This document shows positions 22,676 through 37,139 of a stretch of DNA of 64,000 bases, piece after piece. Location: NCBI GenBank assembly GCA_043228905.1, contig JBHGNT010000020.1:7936001-8000000 (forward strand), written 5' to 3'. The DNA comes from Azolla caroliniana. Taxonomy: Eukaryota > Plantae > Polypodiophyta. The translations under genes and the position numbers were made by a program. The notes under the pieces are model-generated. The model had not been told where the DNA came from, ran no database searches, and worked only from the letters and a program-made list of their open reading frames with translations. Numbering within the stretch: position 1 is the first letter of the stretch; every line of letters begins with the position of its first letter.

Positions 22676-25570
22676 GTGTCTCGTTCCTCCCTATCCTAGA
22701 GTGTTGAACTTCGCAGAATTTTGCGAGACAAAGGAGGACTTTAACAACATATCTGGTATGTCGCTCGAGGGTATTGACCTTGATGTTCTAACAGATAGAT
22801 TGATTAGTAATGTAGACTGGATGTCAGTATATAAAGTGCCTAGAGTGAAAGGCAAGGTCAAGCTCAAGCATGTACGACCAGACCTGTACGACGACTGCAT
22901 GAGATTGTGCCAGAAAGTACATCAAGAGATCACGGTCAACAACGAGTTGTCCGTTTCATTTGCCAGATCTTTTGCATATGAGTATTGCAAAACAATGGAG
23001 GAATCTCGTGACCCTGAAATGTACAAGGTAGCTTGGGCAATTTATGGTGAGGCATCAGTAGAAAGATGTTGGAAGATGGGGAGCTTGCAACAAAAAATGG
23101 CAAGATTTTGGAGCTTGCCAGTTGATGATGCAACTGCCGACCGCAACAAACCCGCAAGTATACGCCACACCGACACACAATGAAAGCCAATGTCGATGAT
23201 ACAGGTGAGACATTCATTAGCTATATGCTAAAAAATGTCCATGAAGCCTGTGAGACATTGGAGTTTTTTAAGACTGATTTAGAGAAAGCAACATTGGCTA
23301 TTGCGATAGAGAGCAAAGTCACTTTGGCAATTACAACAATCAAAAATAAGATTCAGGTACCTATTGTTTTGCTAGTATGTAATATGTTATAAATAACTTG
23401 TACAGGAAAATGTGCTACTGAGGCATTATTTGGAACAGATTGCTCAACATGAACTTGAAATTGAGGGGTCGTTGGATCCCCAACGGAAAATTCAACGGCA
23501 GACAGAGATCCGGGTTCTTTAAATGAACCTAGACCTTCTAGGTGTAAATATTGTCGCTGATTACAATTTGGAAAAGCTACAAGTAAGTTAATGATTCTTG
23601 TTTCTTGTTGTTGTATCTTCCTCATTAAGGAATAATTAATTGGTAAATTTCTCAGTTGCGTTGAAGGAACAATACTCCCATCAAGAATAGGTAGTTAGTT
23701 GCCTTAAGAAGCAGCTACATTTTGCGGAGGGGATAGTAAGGAGCAGACAAGAATTGGATCTGAACATTCTTGCTCCCTTACCAAATGAAGGAGAACCAGG
23801 AAACGATATATTGATTGTTTAAGCACGTTGAATCGCTTGTGGATTACGTGTATAGGACAAATCTACTACTCTATTGGTTCACCTACAACCATGCCAACAC
23901 ACATACCATTTTGTTTGTTTTCAATATGCCTCTCCCATTACTGCATTTTGTTTGGGGGATTGTAGTACAACTCTCCCAGATGAGTGGAGAAAACACACAA
24001 GTAAAATTGCTGCTTGGGACCATAGTGTAGCTAATTAGTTCCATCTTTGCTAATTAGGTAAGTTCTATAAAGTGTGGAAACTATTTAGCTATTATGGTTG
24101 TAGTGTAGTAGCTAATTACCTAACATGTCGTTAATTAGCTAAGTGATAGCTAATTAGTTACTACCATACTTTAGCCGAGTAGCTAATTAGCTAAGTGGTA
24201 GCCAATTAGCTACTACCATAGTTTAGTACCGTAGCTAATTAGCTAAGTGGTAGCTAATTAGCTACTACCATAGTTTAGTTGAGTAACTAAGTAGCTAAGT
24301 GGTAGCTAATTAGCTACTACCATAGTTGAATACAATGGCTAAATATCTACTACCACAGTTTAGGTGAGTAACTAATTAGCTAAGTGGTAGCTAATTAGCT
24401 ATTGCAATACTTTAGCTCAGTAGCTAATTGGGTACTACCATAGTTTAGTACAATAGTTAATTAGCTACCAATCAACTAAAGTATGGTAGTAGCTAATTAG
24501 CTAAGTGGTAGCTAATTAGCTACTACCATACTTTAGCTGAGTAGCTAATTAGCTAGGTGGTAGCTAATTAGCTACTATCATAGTTTAGTATAGTAGTTAA
24601 TGAGCTAAGTAGGAGCTAATTAGCTACTACCACACTTTAGTTATAGTGGCTAATTAGCTTGTACCATACTTTAGTACAATAGCTAATTAGCTAAGTGGTA
24701 GCTAATTAGCGACTACCATACTTTAGCTGAGAGGCTAATTAGCTAAGTGGTAGCTAATTAGCTACTACAATAGTTTAGTACAGTAGCTAATTAGCTAAGT
24801 GGTAGCTAATTAGCTACTACCATACTTTAGTTATAGTGGCTAATTAGCTAGTACCAGGTTGTAGTGTAGTAGCTAAGCGAAGTAGCTAATTAGCTCAGTG
24901 GTAGCTAATTAGCTACTATAATTAGCTACTAACATACTTTAGTTATAGTGGCTAATTAGCTAGTACCAGGTTGTAGTGTAGTAGCTAAGCGACGTAGCTA
25001 ATTAGCTCCGTGTTAGCTAATTAGCTACTATCATAGTCTAGAAGAATAGCCAGTTTGCTAAGATGTAGCTAACTAGCGACCTTGTTGTTGTAGAATCTTG
25101 TGGATTAAGGAGGGTGCATGAGGTGTCTGGTGTTGATGACGCTACAACCGATGAGGAGATAGTTGCCAACGTGGCTGACAGTAAGACTCCTGCTATCACA
25201 TCTCCTTCAAATCAGCTCCACCCTATTCTGAAGCCATGAAATATTGAAAACAACATGTAAATTTGAGGTTCACAACAATAGTGTTTTTGAACACTTGAGG
25301 AAACATTTCTTCAAATCCCAAAACCTTGATTCCACCCCATTGAGCCCAATTACTGATAATATCCAAACAGATCCCGTTTTACTGGAAAAGCTAGTGCAAG
25401 ACGCGGCTAACTGGCAAGCCACTGCTGAGGTGATGGAAAGGTTGTCGGAGGAGGACACACTTGCGCAATGGGTCAAAGAAGCAAGGCTAAATGGGCAACC
25501 GGCTAGAAAAAGGCTGAAGAAGGGGCCACGATCGGGGACAAGACCAGTTACTGGGTCAAGGGGCTCTTGA
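22676..25570 (+). pseudogene. Cargo gene of Sola2-like #2: unknown domain (NNELSVSFARSFAYE..VAW), coiled coil, RING finger, downstream exon
   Basis: ORFs 22701-23183 and 23180-23392; RING remnant PCQHTYHFVC at ~23889-23920; GTAAG donor at ~24058 and AG at ~25094 around the array; ORF 25244-25570. Confidence 0.6.
24030..25075. repeat. Palindromic TAGCTAATTAGCTA array (cargo intron)
   Basis: Dozens of agctaattagct palindromes in ~35-55-bp units. Confidence 0.95.
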
Positions 25571-25839
25571 ATTGGAGCAAAATACTTATTAGTGGGATAT
25601 GATTGTTAGCAATTTTCCTAGGGTTTTATGAAGTTTTACTATGATCTATTTGGACAAGTAAAACCTCAGATTGGTTGTTGCTCTAAGCACATTATGTAAT
25701 GGAACTCTATGATGTTTCTCCAAGATAATTATGTTCATGTTGTTCTATGATGAAAAATATTTCATGTTCATTATGTTGTTTTGTGAGACTGTTAGTTACT
25801 TTGTGAGTGTGAATATGTTGGTGTTTTCTGATGTTGCAG

Positions 25840-26803
25840 AGTCTAAAGGGTTTGAATCTATTGCTCCTAAGGCCGATGGCAGTGTGGAAACTGTTGATAT
25901 TGATGCGTGTTTAGAGGGTCACATCTTGAAAGTAGATGTAGCAACTGACACAAATGATCTGTTCATGCAAGTTGATCAAGCATGTTGCGTAGATGATCTA
26001 ATTTTGCAGGTAGATACAGCATGTGATACCAGTGAACTGATATCGACCAGATCAGTATCTACATGCACCGAGCCAATGACTAAGTCGACAACACAAGACT
26101 ACCAGAATGTGAAGCCAAACCCAACATAGTCGACCAGGTGTTTGAAGAGGAAAAGGACACCAATTGTGCCAACAGAACCTGAGTTGATTGAAATTGATCG
26201 TGTGCTACCAGTAATTGGTGTAACAGACGCTCAGTTACAGGAATGGAAACCTAAACCATTAGAAGTCGAAAGAAGAGCCTTGATCTTGGAGCTTGATAAA
26301 GTCTTGATGAGTGTGCGATATACGACACCAAGGAGGGACGCAAATCAATTTGTGGAGTGGGTTGTGCAATACTTTGATTTGTTTATTTGGAGCAAAAAAC
26401 CACGTACAGATGTGTGGAAGTGTGTAGAAAGATTCTTCCCGAAGTGGCGACAACATTTCAAAGGTCAGTGGACACGAGAGAATTGTGAGCAGAAGGATAT
26501 TGCAAGATTCAAAAGACTTTCTGATTTTTGGGACACTTGGCCGGATTATAATGCCGACAATACGTTGATTCTGGATACAGAACATTTCTGACATTACTTC
26601 AACATTCACAAATGTTGTCTCATTCTACCCTATGAAATGCTTGAACACTATTTGGTGAAAACATTGAGCTACCAACTAGCTACATGGTTGTGGACTCCAT
26701 ACCTAGCTCAATATGCAGATGATATATGTAGAGAAGTTCCACTAACCAACAAGAGTTTAGTTGTTTATAGGCGATTTGAAGACATTGGCAATGGGATGTT
26801 ATA
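25840..26803 (+). pseudogene. FCP1/SCP (NIF, HAD-family) phosphatase-like domain, cargo of Sola2-like #2
   Basis: ORF 26142-26591 reads ALILELDKVLM..FVEWVVQYFDLFIWS..KRLSDFW..YNADNTLILD, the FCP1-homology pattern with motif-I D->E. Confidence 0.6.
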
Positions 26804-27163
26804 AATATGTAATTTGCTACCACTTAATCAATGAAGAATTAAATTGCTTGTTTTGCTTGTTTTGAGTAACTTATCTACTATGTACTTTTTCTTAAAATTA
26901 TGCAAACTATTTTTGTTGAGAAATCGTTCGGTCAAATCTCAATAAGCGAACTGTGTTGAAATACGAATAACAAATATGCCAGAAAACAGGACAACAATGG
27001 TGCACAGAGATTTAACGTGGAAACCCTAAAACGGGAGAAAACCACGGGAACAGAGCTTCACTATGTATAGTGGATATACAACATAGAATGTTACAACACT
27101 CCTTCGAGTGTATCAGCCATGCAGGGCTCTTGGCGTCTGTTCTTACGCACACAACTATGACGA

Positions 27164-27856
27164 TGTCGCGTTGTTACGCGCGTGCGTGGAGAAAGGCGGG
27201 ACCACGGGGGTCTTGGACTAGGGAGTGACGGAGCGTAGGAAGTCGAACTTCACCGTTTCCGGGGCATCCCAGAAGCACACCGGAAGCAACCGAAGGGAGA
27301 GAGAGAGAGAGAAAGAGACCGCGCTTAACACCGACTCACGCACACACATGCCGACCCGACTCACGCCCTTATATACAGGAAACGCAGGAAAAGGGGAAGC
27401 ACCCGACACCAACAGAGACGCGAATATACACAGACAGACGCAAATGTATATATATAAAGGGAAGAATACATTCCCGGCTTCGAGCCGGACCAAGGTAGGT
27501 TACAGCAGTCGTCTGTTGTCAAGCCGCCATCGGGGAGCTCTCGGCTCGTCGCGCCGAGCGGGGTCTTGCACAGGAGGCCGAGCCAAGAAAACCCTAAGCA
27601 AACACGAAAGAAGAAGAAGAAGAAGAACTAACCCTAAATCTAACGGTATACCCTCTAACGCAAAAATGGGCAACCCCTCATAAGTGACCCCTCCCTTCCT
27701 TTTATAGCCCAAGGAGGGAGGGACCTTACAATGTGGGATAGAATTTCCCCTCTTATTTCTATGCACCATTTCCTAGTATACATGTGCACATGGTGCACAC
27801 CACCGATTTGCCTATTACACCCTGGTTTCTGCCTATGGACGAAAATCTTCACGACA
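27164..27856. mobile_element. Solo LTR (693 bp) inserted in the 3' LTR of Copia 2
   Basis: Absent from the 5' LTR; termini tgtcgcg...cacgaca; imperfect 4-bp duplication ACGA/ACGC. Confidence 0.8.
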
Positions 27857-28158
27857 ACGCCGCTCTCACTCACTCTCTGTCTCACACGCTCACGCGCTAC
27901 TTTTGTTCTACACACAACACTATTTTGCCCTAGATGTATATATACTGATACATCGTATAGCCCATTTACAATTGTAGCCACTGCCACATATCATAATTAT
28001 TATTATTGCTATAGTAATAAACAATCGACTCTCTGTTGTCAACTCTTTGACTGTCAGCTACTTCCAAACAGTTGGTTCCTTCGACTCTTCCACTATCGGC
28101 TACTTCTGAACAGTCGGTTCCTCCCACTGGAGGGACATATCCCAAACAATCTCCCCCT

Positions 28159-31100
28159 TCACTCTTGTGGGAGGGAGTCAGTCAATCCTATCTTCCGTCG
28201 ACAAATTCTAAGTTTGTCCGTAGGTAGGTTCTTCGTGAGCATGTCGGATCCATTTTCGTTAGTATGGATCTTCACCAGGGAAAACTCTTCTTCTTCGACT
28301 CTCTCCCGAAACCACTGATACCTCCTTTGTATGTGCTTGGTTCGGGAGTGGTAAGCAGCATTCTTGGCTAGATGTATGGCACTCTAGCTGTCATAGTGAA
28401 GCAAGAACTCCCTCTACTTCATCCCTAGCTCGTTGAGAAAGTTTCTCATCCAGATCAGCTCTTTGTCGGCCTCTACCACTGCCATATACTCTGCCTCTGT
28501 AGTCGACAAGGCTACAGACTTCTGCAGTCGTGATTGCCACGACACTGCTCCCCCTGCATAGGTCATCACGTACCCTGATGTCGATCGGCTCGAGTCTACA
28601 TCTCCCGATATGTCCGAATCGGTTAAACCTTCCAACATAGGTTTTCTGACACCATACCTAAGGCACACCCTCGAGGTGCCTTTCAATTACCTGAGTATCA
28701 ACTTCACCGTTGCCAAGTGTTCTCTTCCTGGATTACTTATATATCGGCTTACTACTCCCACATCAAATGCTATGTCTGGTCTCATACAGACCATAACATA
28801 CATTAGACTGCCAACGGCCGAGGCATATGGTACCTTCCTCATCTCGGCCTTCTCCTTCTCCCCTTTCGGGCACTGCTTCGCATTGAACCTGCAATTTGTC
28901 GGCAACACTGAGCCGACTGGCTTTGCGTCTGACATGTTGAATCTTTCTAGGATCTTCGTCAGATACTTTTGTTGTGACAACCATAGCACCTTTTGAGTTC
29001 TATCTCAAACTATGTGCATTCCTAAGATCTATTTAGCCGGTCCAAGGTCTTTCATGGCAAACGACCTGCCTAGAGCTTTCTTCAAGCTTCCAATCTTCCT
29101 TGTGTCTTGACCAACTATCAACATGTCATCAACATATAACAAGAGAATCAAGAAGTCTCCTTCTTCATACCTTTTGACGAACACACGGTGATCAGCCTGT
29201 GTTTTCTGGATCTGGTATTCCATCATGAGCGACTCGAACTTCTTGTACCATTGGCGTGGAGCTTGTTTCAGACCGTACTAGTTTTTCTTCAGTCGACACA
29301 CCAAGTTCTCTTTCCCTTTCTCCTCAAAGCCTTCGGGTTGCTGCATGTAGATTTCTTCTTCTAGCTCCCCCTGTAAGAATGTGGTTTTGACGTCCAACTG
29401 TTCGATCTCCAGGTCCATACTAGCCACTATGCTCAGAACAGTTCGAATGGATGTCATCTTCACGACTGGTGCGAATATTTCGTCGAAGTCAACGCCCTTT
29501 TTCTGTTGAAAACCCTTCACCACTATGCGGGCTTTATACCTAGGCTCACTGTCGACTTCTCTAGTCTTCACCTTGTAGACCCACTTATTCCTGAGTGCTC
29601 TCTTACCTTTCGGCAGCTCTACTAGGTCGTAGGTGTAATTCTCGTGCAAGGATTCCATCTCATCTTGCATCGTGCTCAGCCATTTCTCTCTGTGCTCGTC
29701 GGCAAGGGCTTCTTCATAGTAGTCTGGTTCACCTTCATCAATCAAGAGGATGTATTGACTGGCATATGTTGTCAGTGCTTTCCTTTCTTTGAGTGGGTAT
29801 CTTCTTCCACTCGTTGTTGGCCCTCTTTCGGATGTCTTTGCCAACTCTTCTCTCCGCTCGGGTTCCTACACGTCAATCGGCATCTCCAGGTTGGACGACT
29901 CCAAGTCATACTCTTCAATTGACCTTGGCAGCTTTGCCAACTCAGACTCATAGTCAGTTGGTCTCTTTGAGTCGACCGACTCGGTTTTGGTTGTGCCAAC
30001 TGGCCGTCTCCGAACAGCTCACGATGTTGATTCGCTTGGCCTTAGTCGGGGTTGACTGGGGAGTCGTATCCGACTTCTGTTGCTTCCAGTCTTCAATCGT
30101 CTTATCTTCAAGAAAGACTACATCCCGACTTCTCACTAGCCTCTTGTCGACCAAGTCCCATAGCCTATAGCCGAACTCATCTTCCAAGTATCCCATGAAT
30201 ATGCATGCTTTCGACTTACCGTCGAGCTTTGACCTCTGATCCTTCGGTACATGCATATACACCAAACATCCAAACATCCTCAGGTGTTGGTAGGAGACAT
30301 CCTTCCCTGTCCACACTCTTTGTGGAACATCACCCTTTAATGGTACTAAGGGAGACCTGTTGATCAGATAAACAACTGTGTACATCGCCTCAACCCAATA
30401 GGATTTCAACAGTTTCACATGAGAGAGCATGCTCCTTACCCTCTCCATGATCGTTTGATTCATCCTCTCTACAAGCCCGTTCAACATTGGGGTCTTTGGC
30501 ACTGTGTATTCGATCCGAATACCTTGACACTTGCAATACTCCTCAAACTCCCTTCTATATTCGCCACCATTGTCGGTTTGGACAGCCTTCAACTTCCGAC
30601 TCGACTCTCGTTTAGCTCTAGCCTAGAACTCCTTGAAAACCGACAGTACTTGATCCTTCAACTTGAGTACGAAGGCGCATGTCTTATGACTATAGTCGAC
30701 AATAAACATCACAAAGTATTGTCCACCTTGATGCGATGGAGCATCTACATAGCACACATCCATGTGTACCAGTTCCAGTGGCACTTCTCTTCTTCTTGGT
30801 GGTCTTGTGTGGAAAGCTACTCTGTTTTTCTTTCCAACTAAGCAGTCAACGCACTTCTCCAGGTGCACTCTCTTGACTTCTGGTAGAAGCTTTTGGTCGG
30901 CTAGCAGGTGCATTCCTTTCTCACTCATGTGGCGTAGCCTCTTATGTCATATCTCTCCTGCCGAATCAACTACCACATTTACTTCCGATTTGCACAGTCG
31001 GGCATGCATCATAGATAATGTGCCTTCTTTCTATGCTCGGGCAACTATAAGATTCCCTCGGTAGAACTTCCACTTGCCATTCCGAAAACTACCACTATAG

Positions 31101-32233
31101 CCTTCGTCATCTAACCTTCTAGTCGATATCAGATTCAATCTAATATCAAGGACATGTCGAACATCCTTCAGAGTCAATTGACACCCTGTCGACGTCGTCA
31201 AGCAGACACTTCCGACTCTGGTTATCTTGCACTCTCAACTATCACCCATCTTCACGTAACCATGATCTCCGGCTATGTAAGTCAAGAAATACTCTCTCGA
31301 CGGAGTTATGTGGAACGATGCGCCAGAACCAATCACCCAAGTGCATTCTTCACTTGCAAGATTTGCACTTGTGTGTTCGCAGATGAACAACAGTTCTTCA
31401 TTGCTCGTAGCAATGGCAGAAGTGTTCTTCTCATCAGGAATCTTCCTGGATTCGACATTGTTTCCGACACCCTTGTCTTTTCTCATGTGTCGGGAGTCCT
31501 TTTGGAAGTGTCCAGGTTTACCACTGTAAAAGCACACTAGCTTACCTCTGGACTTTGATCTAGCTTGGGACTTTTCTCTCCATGGTGGACTTCTTTGCCG
31601 GTTCCTTCCTCTATCCGAATGTTGTGTTACATTCGACTCCGACTGACCGAGCACTCCCTTGTCCTTCCTTGTTGCCTCCTCATTTAGGATGCTTGTCTTC
31701 ACCATTTGTAGAGACAAGTTCTCTTCTTGACAAGAGGTGCTGAGAGTAACCATTAGGTTCTCCCAACTATCCGGTAGTGTGCACATCAGCAAAATGGCCT
31801 GCACCGCATCATCCAGGGGGAACTTGGTTGCAGCAAGTTGGTTTACATACCCCATGAACATGTTGATGTGTTCGACAATGCTCTCACCATCTCTATATTT
31901 CAGCCTTATGATTTTTCTCATCAGCGAGGTTTTATTGAGCGCGTTCTTCCTCTCATACAGACCCGACAACTTCTGCCACATCTCATGGGCATGTGTGTCG
32001 TTCGCAACATGTTGAAGGACACTTACGTCGACGCACTGTCGGATGGTGGCCATTGCTTTTCTGTTTAGAAGTTTCCAATCCGACTCCAATACCCCCCTGG
32101 GTATATCTGCTCTGTCGACTGGCTCGTACAGGTCTTTCACGATGAGAAGGTCTTCCATCTTTATCTTCTAGTCTGCATAGTTTTGTGAGTTTAGAACTAT
32201 CATACCTGGGAAACCGCTCACACCTCCTTCCAT
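28159..32233 (-). pseudogene. gag-pol of Copia 2
   Basis: LPDSWEN gag, WVIGSGASFH protease, TDNGGEY integrase, LLYVDD RT and ALSTTEAEY RNase H; many stops. Confidence 0.92.
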
Positions 32234-33006
32234 GCTTGCACCTCAAGCTCTGATACCAGTTTGTTGAGAAATCATTCGGTCAAATCTCAATAAGCGAATT
32301 ATGCTGAAATACGAATCATAGATATGCCAAAAAATAGGACAACAATGGTGCATAGAGATTTAACGTGGAAACCCTAAAATGGGAGAAAACCATGGGAACA
32401 GAGCTTCACTATGTATAGTGGATATACAACATAGAATGTTACAACACTCCTTCGAGTGTACCAGCCATGCAGGGCTCTTGGCGTCTATTGTTATGCACAC
32501 AACTATGACGCCGCTCTCACTCACTCTCTATCTCACACGCTCACGCGCTACTTTTGTTCTACACACTACACTATTTTGCCCTAGATGTATATATATTGAT
32601 ACATCGTATAGCCCATTTACAATTGTAGCCACTGCCACATATCATAATTATTATTATTGCTATAATAATAAACAATCGACTCTCTGTTGTCGACTCTTCG
32701 ATTGTCAACTACTTCCGAACAGTCAGTTCCTCCCATTGGAGGGACATATCCCCAACAATTTTAACTTGTACTTGGTTCACTTGAGTAAATCTGTATTTCA
32801 GAAAGAAGAAGCCTAAACAATATTATTAAACTGTATATTAGAAAGAAGATTGTATATAAAAATGACACACGATTTTGTTGAGAAAGAAGCACAAAAAGTA
32901 GACTATATATCAAATTAAAAACTCCCAAACAGGTCCATTAAACTATTTATTTGCAATACATGTGCTTTGTTTGTTTTACAAGAAAACTGGTAATTGCTAC
33001 TTGTAG

Positions 33007-36000
33007 CTACAAATTCCATGGCATATTGTTGTAAATACATTCATACACATTAGCACTAACTGTGTATAAACTTGAGCAGCTATTGTATTGCAACATTGGG
33101 ACATTGATGCACCTGACCAAATGAGAGTACATGTACGCCACTGGTTTGTCTTCTAATAGCCTATACACATAATCGTGATCATCTAGTCTTGCATAAAAAA
33201 TACTTTTGATGTAGAATGTCCCAGTAGATACAACATTTCCCCAAGCATCTAATAAATTCTGTGTTGCACACTATTTACTAACCGTGCACTTCAATATATA
33301 GAAATCAACACCCTTTGAATTGCCTTCTTCTGCATTTACAACGAAATTATCCCCAACATTTAAGACATCACTCAGAGTATCTCCACGTCCTTGATATGTG
33401 AAGTCAGCATTCTTTTCTGTTTCTCCATCAACTACTTCCTTATCGTTCAATGTATGATACTCCCAATTCTCAATATATATGTTTTGTTTAAACAATACCT
33501 CCAATTTCCCTGCACACAATGGATGCAAATACAAGTTAATTCTCTAACCGTAATACAATGACCATCCAACCTAGAATAACCGCGAACAGCATGGAGAGAT
33601 CGCAATTCGGGATATCCTTGGCACTCCTAGGTCTTCTCCCTATTTACTTTATCTATCTTCACATCCCAAAATTCACATTTCATATCTCGGACCTATGAGG
33701 AATAAACACTAGTTGCACTCGTTGACATATTAGCTCTTAAAAATTCAACTACATGTGCTTCACAATTCATTTGCACACCATCTGCCTTTAGTTGTTCATG
33801 GGTAAGTGCCCGCTTTATAACAGCACTTGCACCATCATGTTCACCTTTACCATGGCCAGACCCAAAAAAATTCCATCTCATCTCCAAACCTGTTATAGCA
33901 GGATACCTCCCCACAAAATAAAATGGATGTCTAGCCTTGAATTGTGATGCAGCTCCATCAGACCAGACCTAATGTTGAGTAAGCTCCAAACGTTTAGCTA
34001 ATAACCATTGCCAATGTAAGTTAAAACAATGTTGGACGAACAAGGTATCATGCTTCTTATCATCAGAAATAAACAAATGAATTACTTTTTATCATCACCT
34101 GAAACTCGAAAATATGTTATGTGCACAAAAATGGTTACCTGCGTTGAACACCAATGCATAGATTGAATTTCATTCTACTGCTTGAAAGTATAATTCTTTG
34201 CGAAATCTACTACTGAAACTACTACATCATTTGGAAAATCAGATATGAAAGTCTTAAACTGATGGGCTTGCCATGAATAAATGAAGTTGTGTTTAATGAA
34301 CTTTCCTAGAGATACTACAAATAGAGACGCCAAATCCCTTGGTTTAGGCGACTTCCTAACTACATCCTTTCTTTTACACACCTTTCCTTCGAAATTGGTG
34401 TCAGTTGATTCAAATAACTTGACAGAGATTAATATTTCACAACTCAATTCATTTGGACACCACCTAAATCTATTAGGGCCACAATCTTAACATAAACCCA
34501 TTACACATTTATGACTGTGGAAGATGGCCTCAGTTTCTCTCGGACACAATACTGAATCTAAAAGATAACTCATGGAAGAGATAACATGCTCAAATGATTT
34601 ATAGTGCTCATGCGCGCTCGATCGACAAATTGGGCACTCACAAGTGCAAACTACATTTGTTAGGGAGCCGATATGGTGACGTAGTAGATTAACAGAGTCC
34701 TTGAGAAAACCCATTTGTACATGGTAAATGCAATAGCATGTGTATCGATCCGTCAAGCGTCTCACAAAGTGTGTCTTAAGAGACTCGAATGTTCGTGGTT
34801 GAACTTTGATATTTGGATGCATTCGCTTGAACCTAATAAATAAATCGACCTGCATAATAAAATGGACATACTAATTAGCTCTATGGCCAAGTGGTAACTA
34901 TTTAGCTACTACCATAGTTTAGTACAATAGCTAATTAGCTAAGTGGTAGCTAATTAGCTACTACCATAGTTTAGTACAATAGTTAATTAGGTAAGTTGTA
35001 GCTAATTAGCTACTACCATAGTTTAGCATAGTAGCTAATTAGCTATGTGGTAGCTAATTAGCAACTACCATAGTTTAGTACAATAGCTAATTAGCTAAGT
35101 GGTAGCTAATTAGCTACTAACATACTTTAGTTGAGTAGCTAATTAGCTACTATCATACTTTAGTTGAGTGGCTAATTAGCTACTACCATAGTTTAATACA
35201 ATAGCTAATTAGCTAAGTGGTAGCTAATTAGCGACTACCATAGTTTAGTACAATAGCTAATTAGCTACCACATAGCTAATTAGCTACCACATAGCTAATT
35301 AGCTACAACCATACTTTAGCTGAGTAGCTAATTAGCTAAGTGGAAGCTAAGTAGCTACTACCACAGTTTAGTACAATAGCTAATTAGCTAAGTGGTAGCT
35401 AATTAGCTTCTACCATAGTTTAGTATAGTAGCTAATTAGTTAAGTGGTAGCTAATTAGCTACTACCATACTTTCGTTATAGTGGTTAATTAGCTAGTACC
35501 ATACTTTCGTTATAGTGGTTAATTAGCTAGTACCATACTTTAGTTGAGTCGTTAATTAGCTAACTGGTAGCTAATTAGCTACTACCATACTTTAGCTAAG
35601 TAGTTAATTAGCTACTACCATACTTTAGCTAAGTAGCTAATTAGCTACTACCATACTTTAGCTAAGTAGCTAATTAGCTACTATCATACTTTAGCTGAGT
35701 AGCTAATTAGCTAAGTGGTAGCTAGTTAGCTACTACTATACTATAGTTGAGTAGCTAATTAGCTAAGTGGTAGCTAATTAGCTACTACCATAGTTTAATA
35801 CAGTAGCTAATTAGCTACTACCATAGTTTAATACAGTAGCTAATTAGCTAAATGGTAGCTAATTAGCTACTACCATAGTTTAGTACAATAGCTATTCCAG
35901 TAGGGGATTGGCAATTCTAGTAGCTAATTAGCTATAGTCATAAGCAGCTAATTAGCTACTCTGGTAGCTAATTATCTATTGTTATAGGCAGCTAATTAGC

Positions 36001-36994
36001 TATTGTGGTAGCTAAGTAGCTATGAATGGTAGCTAATTAACTATTCTAGTATCTAAATAGCTATGTTCGATATTCTTAGGGAGCTAATTAGCTATTACTG
36101 GTAGCTAGTTAGCTATGGTCATATTTTGAGGTTGGTAATTAGCTATTCGGATATGGTCATATTCAGAGGTAGCTAATAAGCTAACTAACTAAGGTCAAAA
36201 GTCAAAACAAATGTTGAGATAAATGTAAATACCTGAGGTACATCAAGAAGATGAATGGGATGCTCATCGTATTGACTCCTTCCAACACGCTTCCTGCATA
36301 AATCCTTCTTATTGGGTGAAACCCTACTCTCATTAGTCCAAAATATTGTGATTATATCCTTGATTTCTAATGTTATGGGTGTGATTGGCTTACATCTTGT
36401 TGTTAGCTTTAGCAGACTAGTTCCTTCACCCAAGGAAACTATACGGTTCAATGTATTGTACACACTTTTTCTACTAACACCAATTACCTTAGATAGCACA
36501 CTGATGTTAATATAGTCAACATCACTATTAAGAAACATCATTAGACTAGACCTTTTTAAGACAAGATCATCTTCTAAACTGCTCATGGATACGAAACTAT
36601 TACGGAGATTATTTACTAGTACAGATGTTATGTTTGCATTAAGACCATCACAATCAACTGACTCCTTTATCGATGGATCATTTAATATTCCATAAAGTAC
36701 TACCTTCTTTTCTTCATTGCTAATGTGCTTGGTTTGAACATTGAAATAGTCTACAACCTTTCTCTTTATGATAGTAGTCTCATTACTTCCATTCTCAGTG
36801 ATATTTAGACCTATATCACAACCAACACTATCTTTACCTTTAGTGAGTGTGGCTTTCGTATCCTTCAACAATTGACGATGTTTTCTTTTTCTTTCTTCCC
36901 AATACTTTTGTATCTATTGTTGTGTCCTGATAACGTTATCCCTATCTTGATGATCATTGAGGGGTAATTCTGAACACCCTCCTTCCCCTTCCAT
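33007..36994 (-). pseudogene. Spliced Sola2-like transposase #2 (intron 34850-36232), decayed
   Basis: RVSPNKKD, TCYCIYH, VDFAKNY, SDGAASQFK, WNFFGSGHGKGEHDGA..IKR and a C-terminal VGDNFVV..DFYILKC domain. Confidence 0.85.
34870..36190. repeat. Palindromic TAGCTAATTAGCTA array filling transposase intron 1
   Basis: Same motif and units as 24030-25075. Confidence 0.95.
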
Positions 36995-37139
36995 TTGGCT
37001 CAACGAGTTTAAACCCTAATTTTCCCGAAAAAAGACACGTATCAAAGATGGATATGGGCAACAACAATACACAAAAATATTCCGCAATACACACAATTAT
37101 ACACAACAATACACAAGATAATCAATAGACAGAATAGTT

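Larger units (their letters stand above)
26914..32757 (-). mobile_element. Ty1/Copia 2 (Tnt1-like), full length, decayed
   Basis: 5' LTR 32262-32757, 3' LTR 26914-28148 (with insertion), ATTTT TSD at 26909-26913 and 32758-32762, tRNA-iMet PBS 32247-32258, PPT 28149-28160. Confidence 0.95.

Noticed and set aside
27225-28318. ORFs of 152 and 195 aa
   Set aside because: They lie in LTR/solo-LTR sequence, one crosses the insertion boundary, and they have no recognisable motifs.
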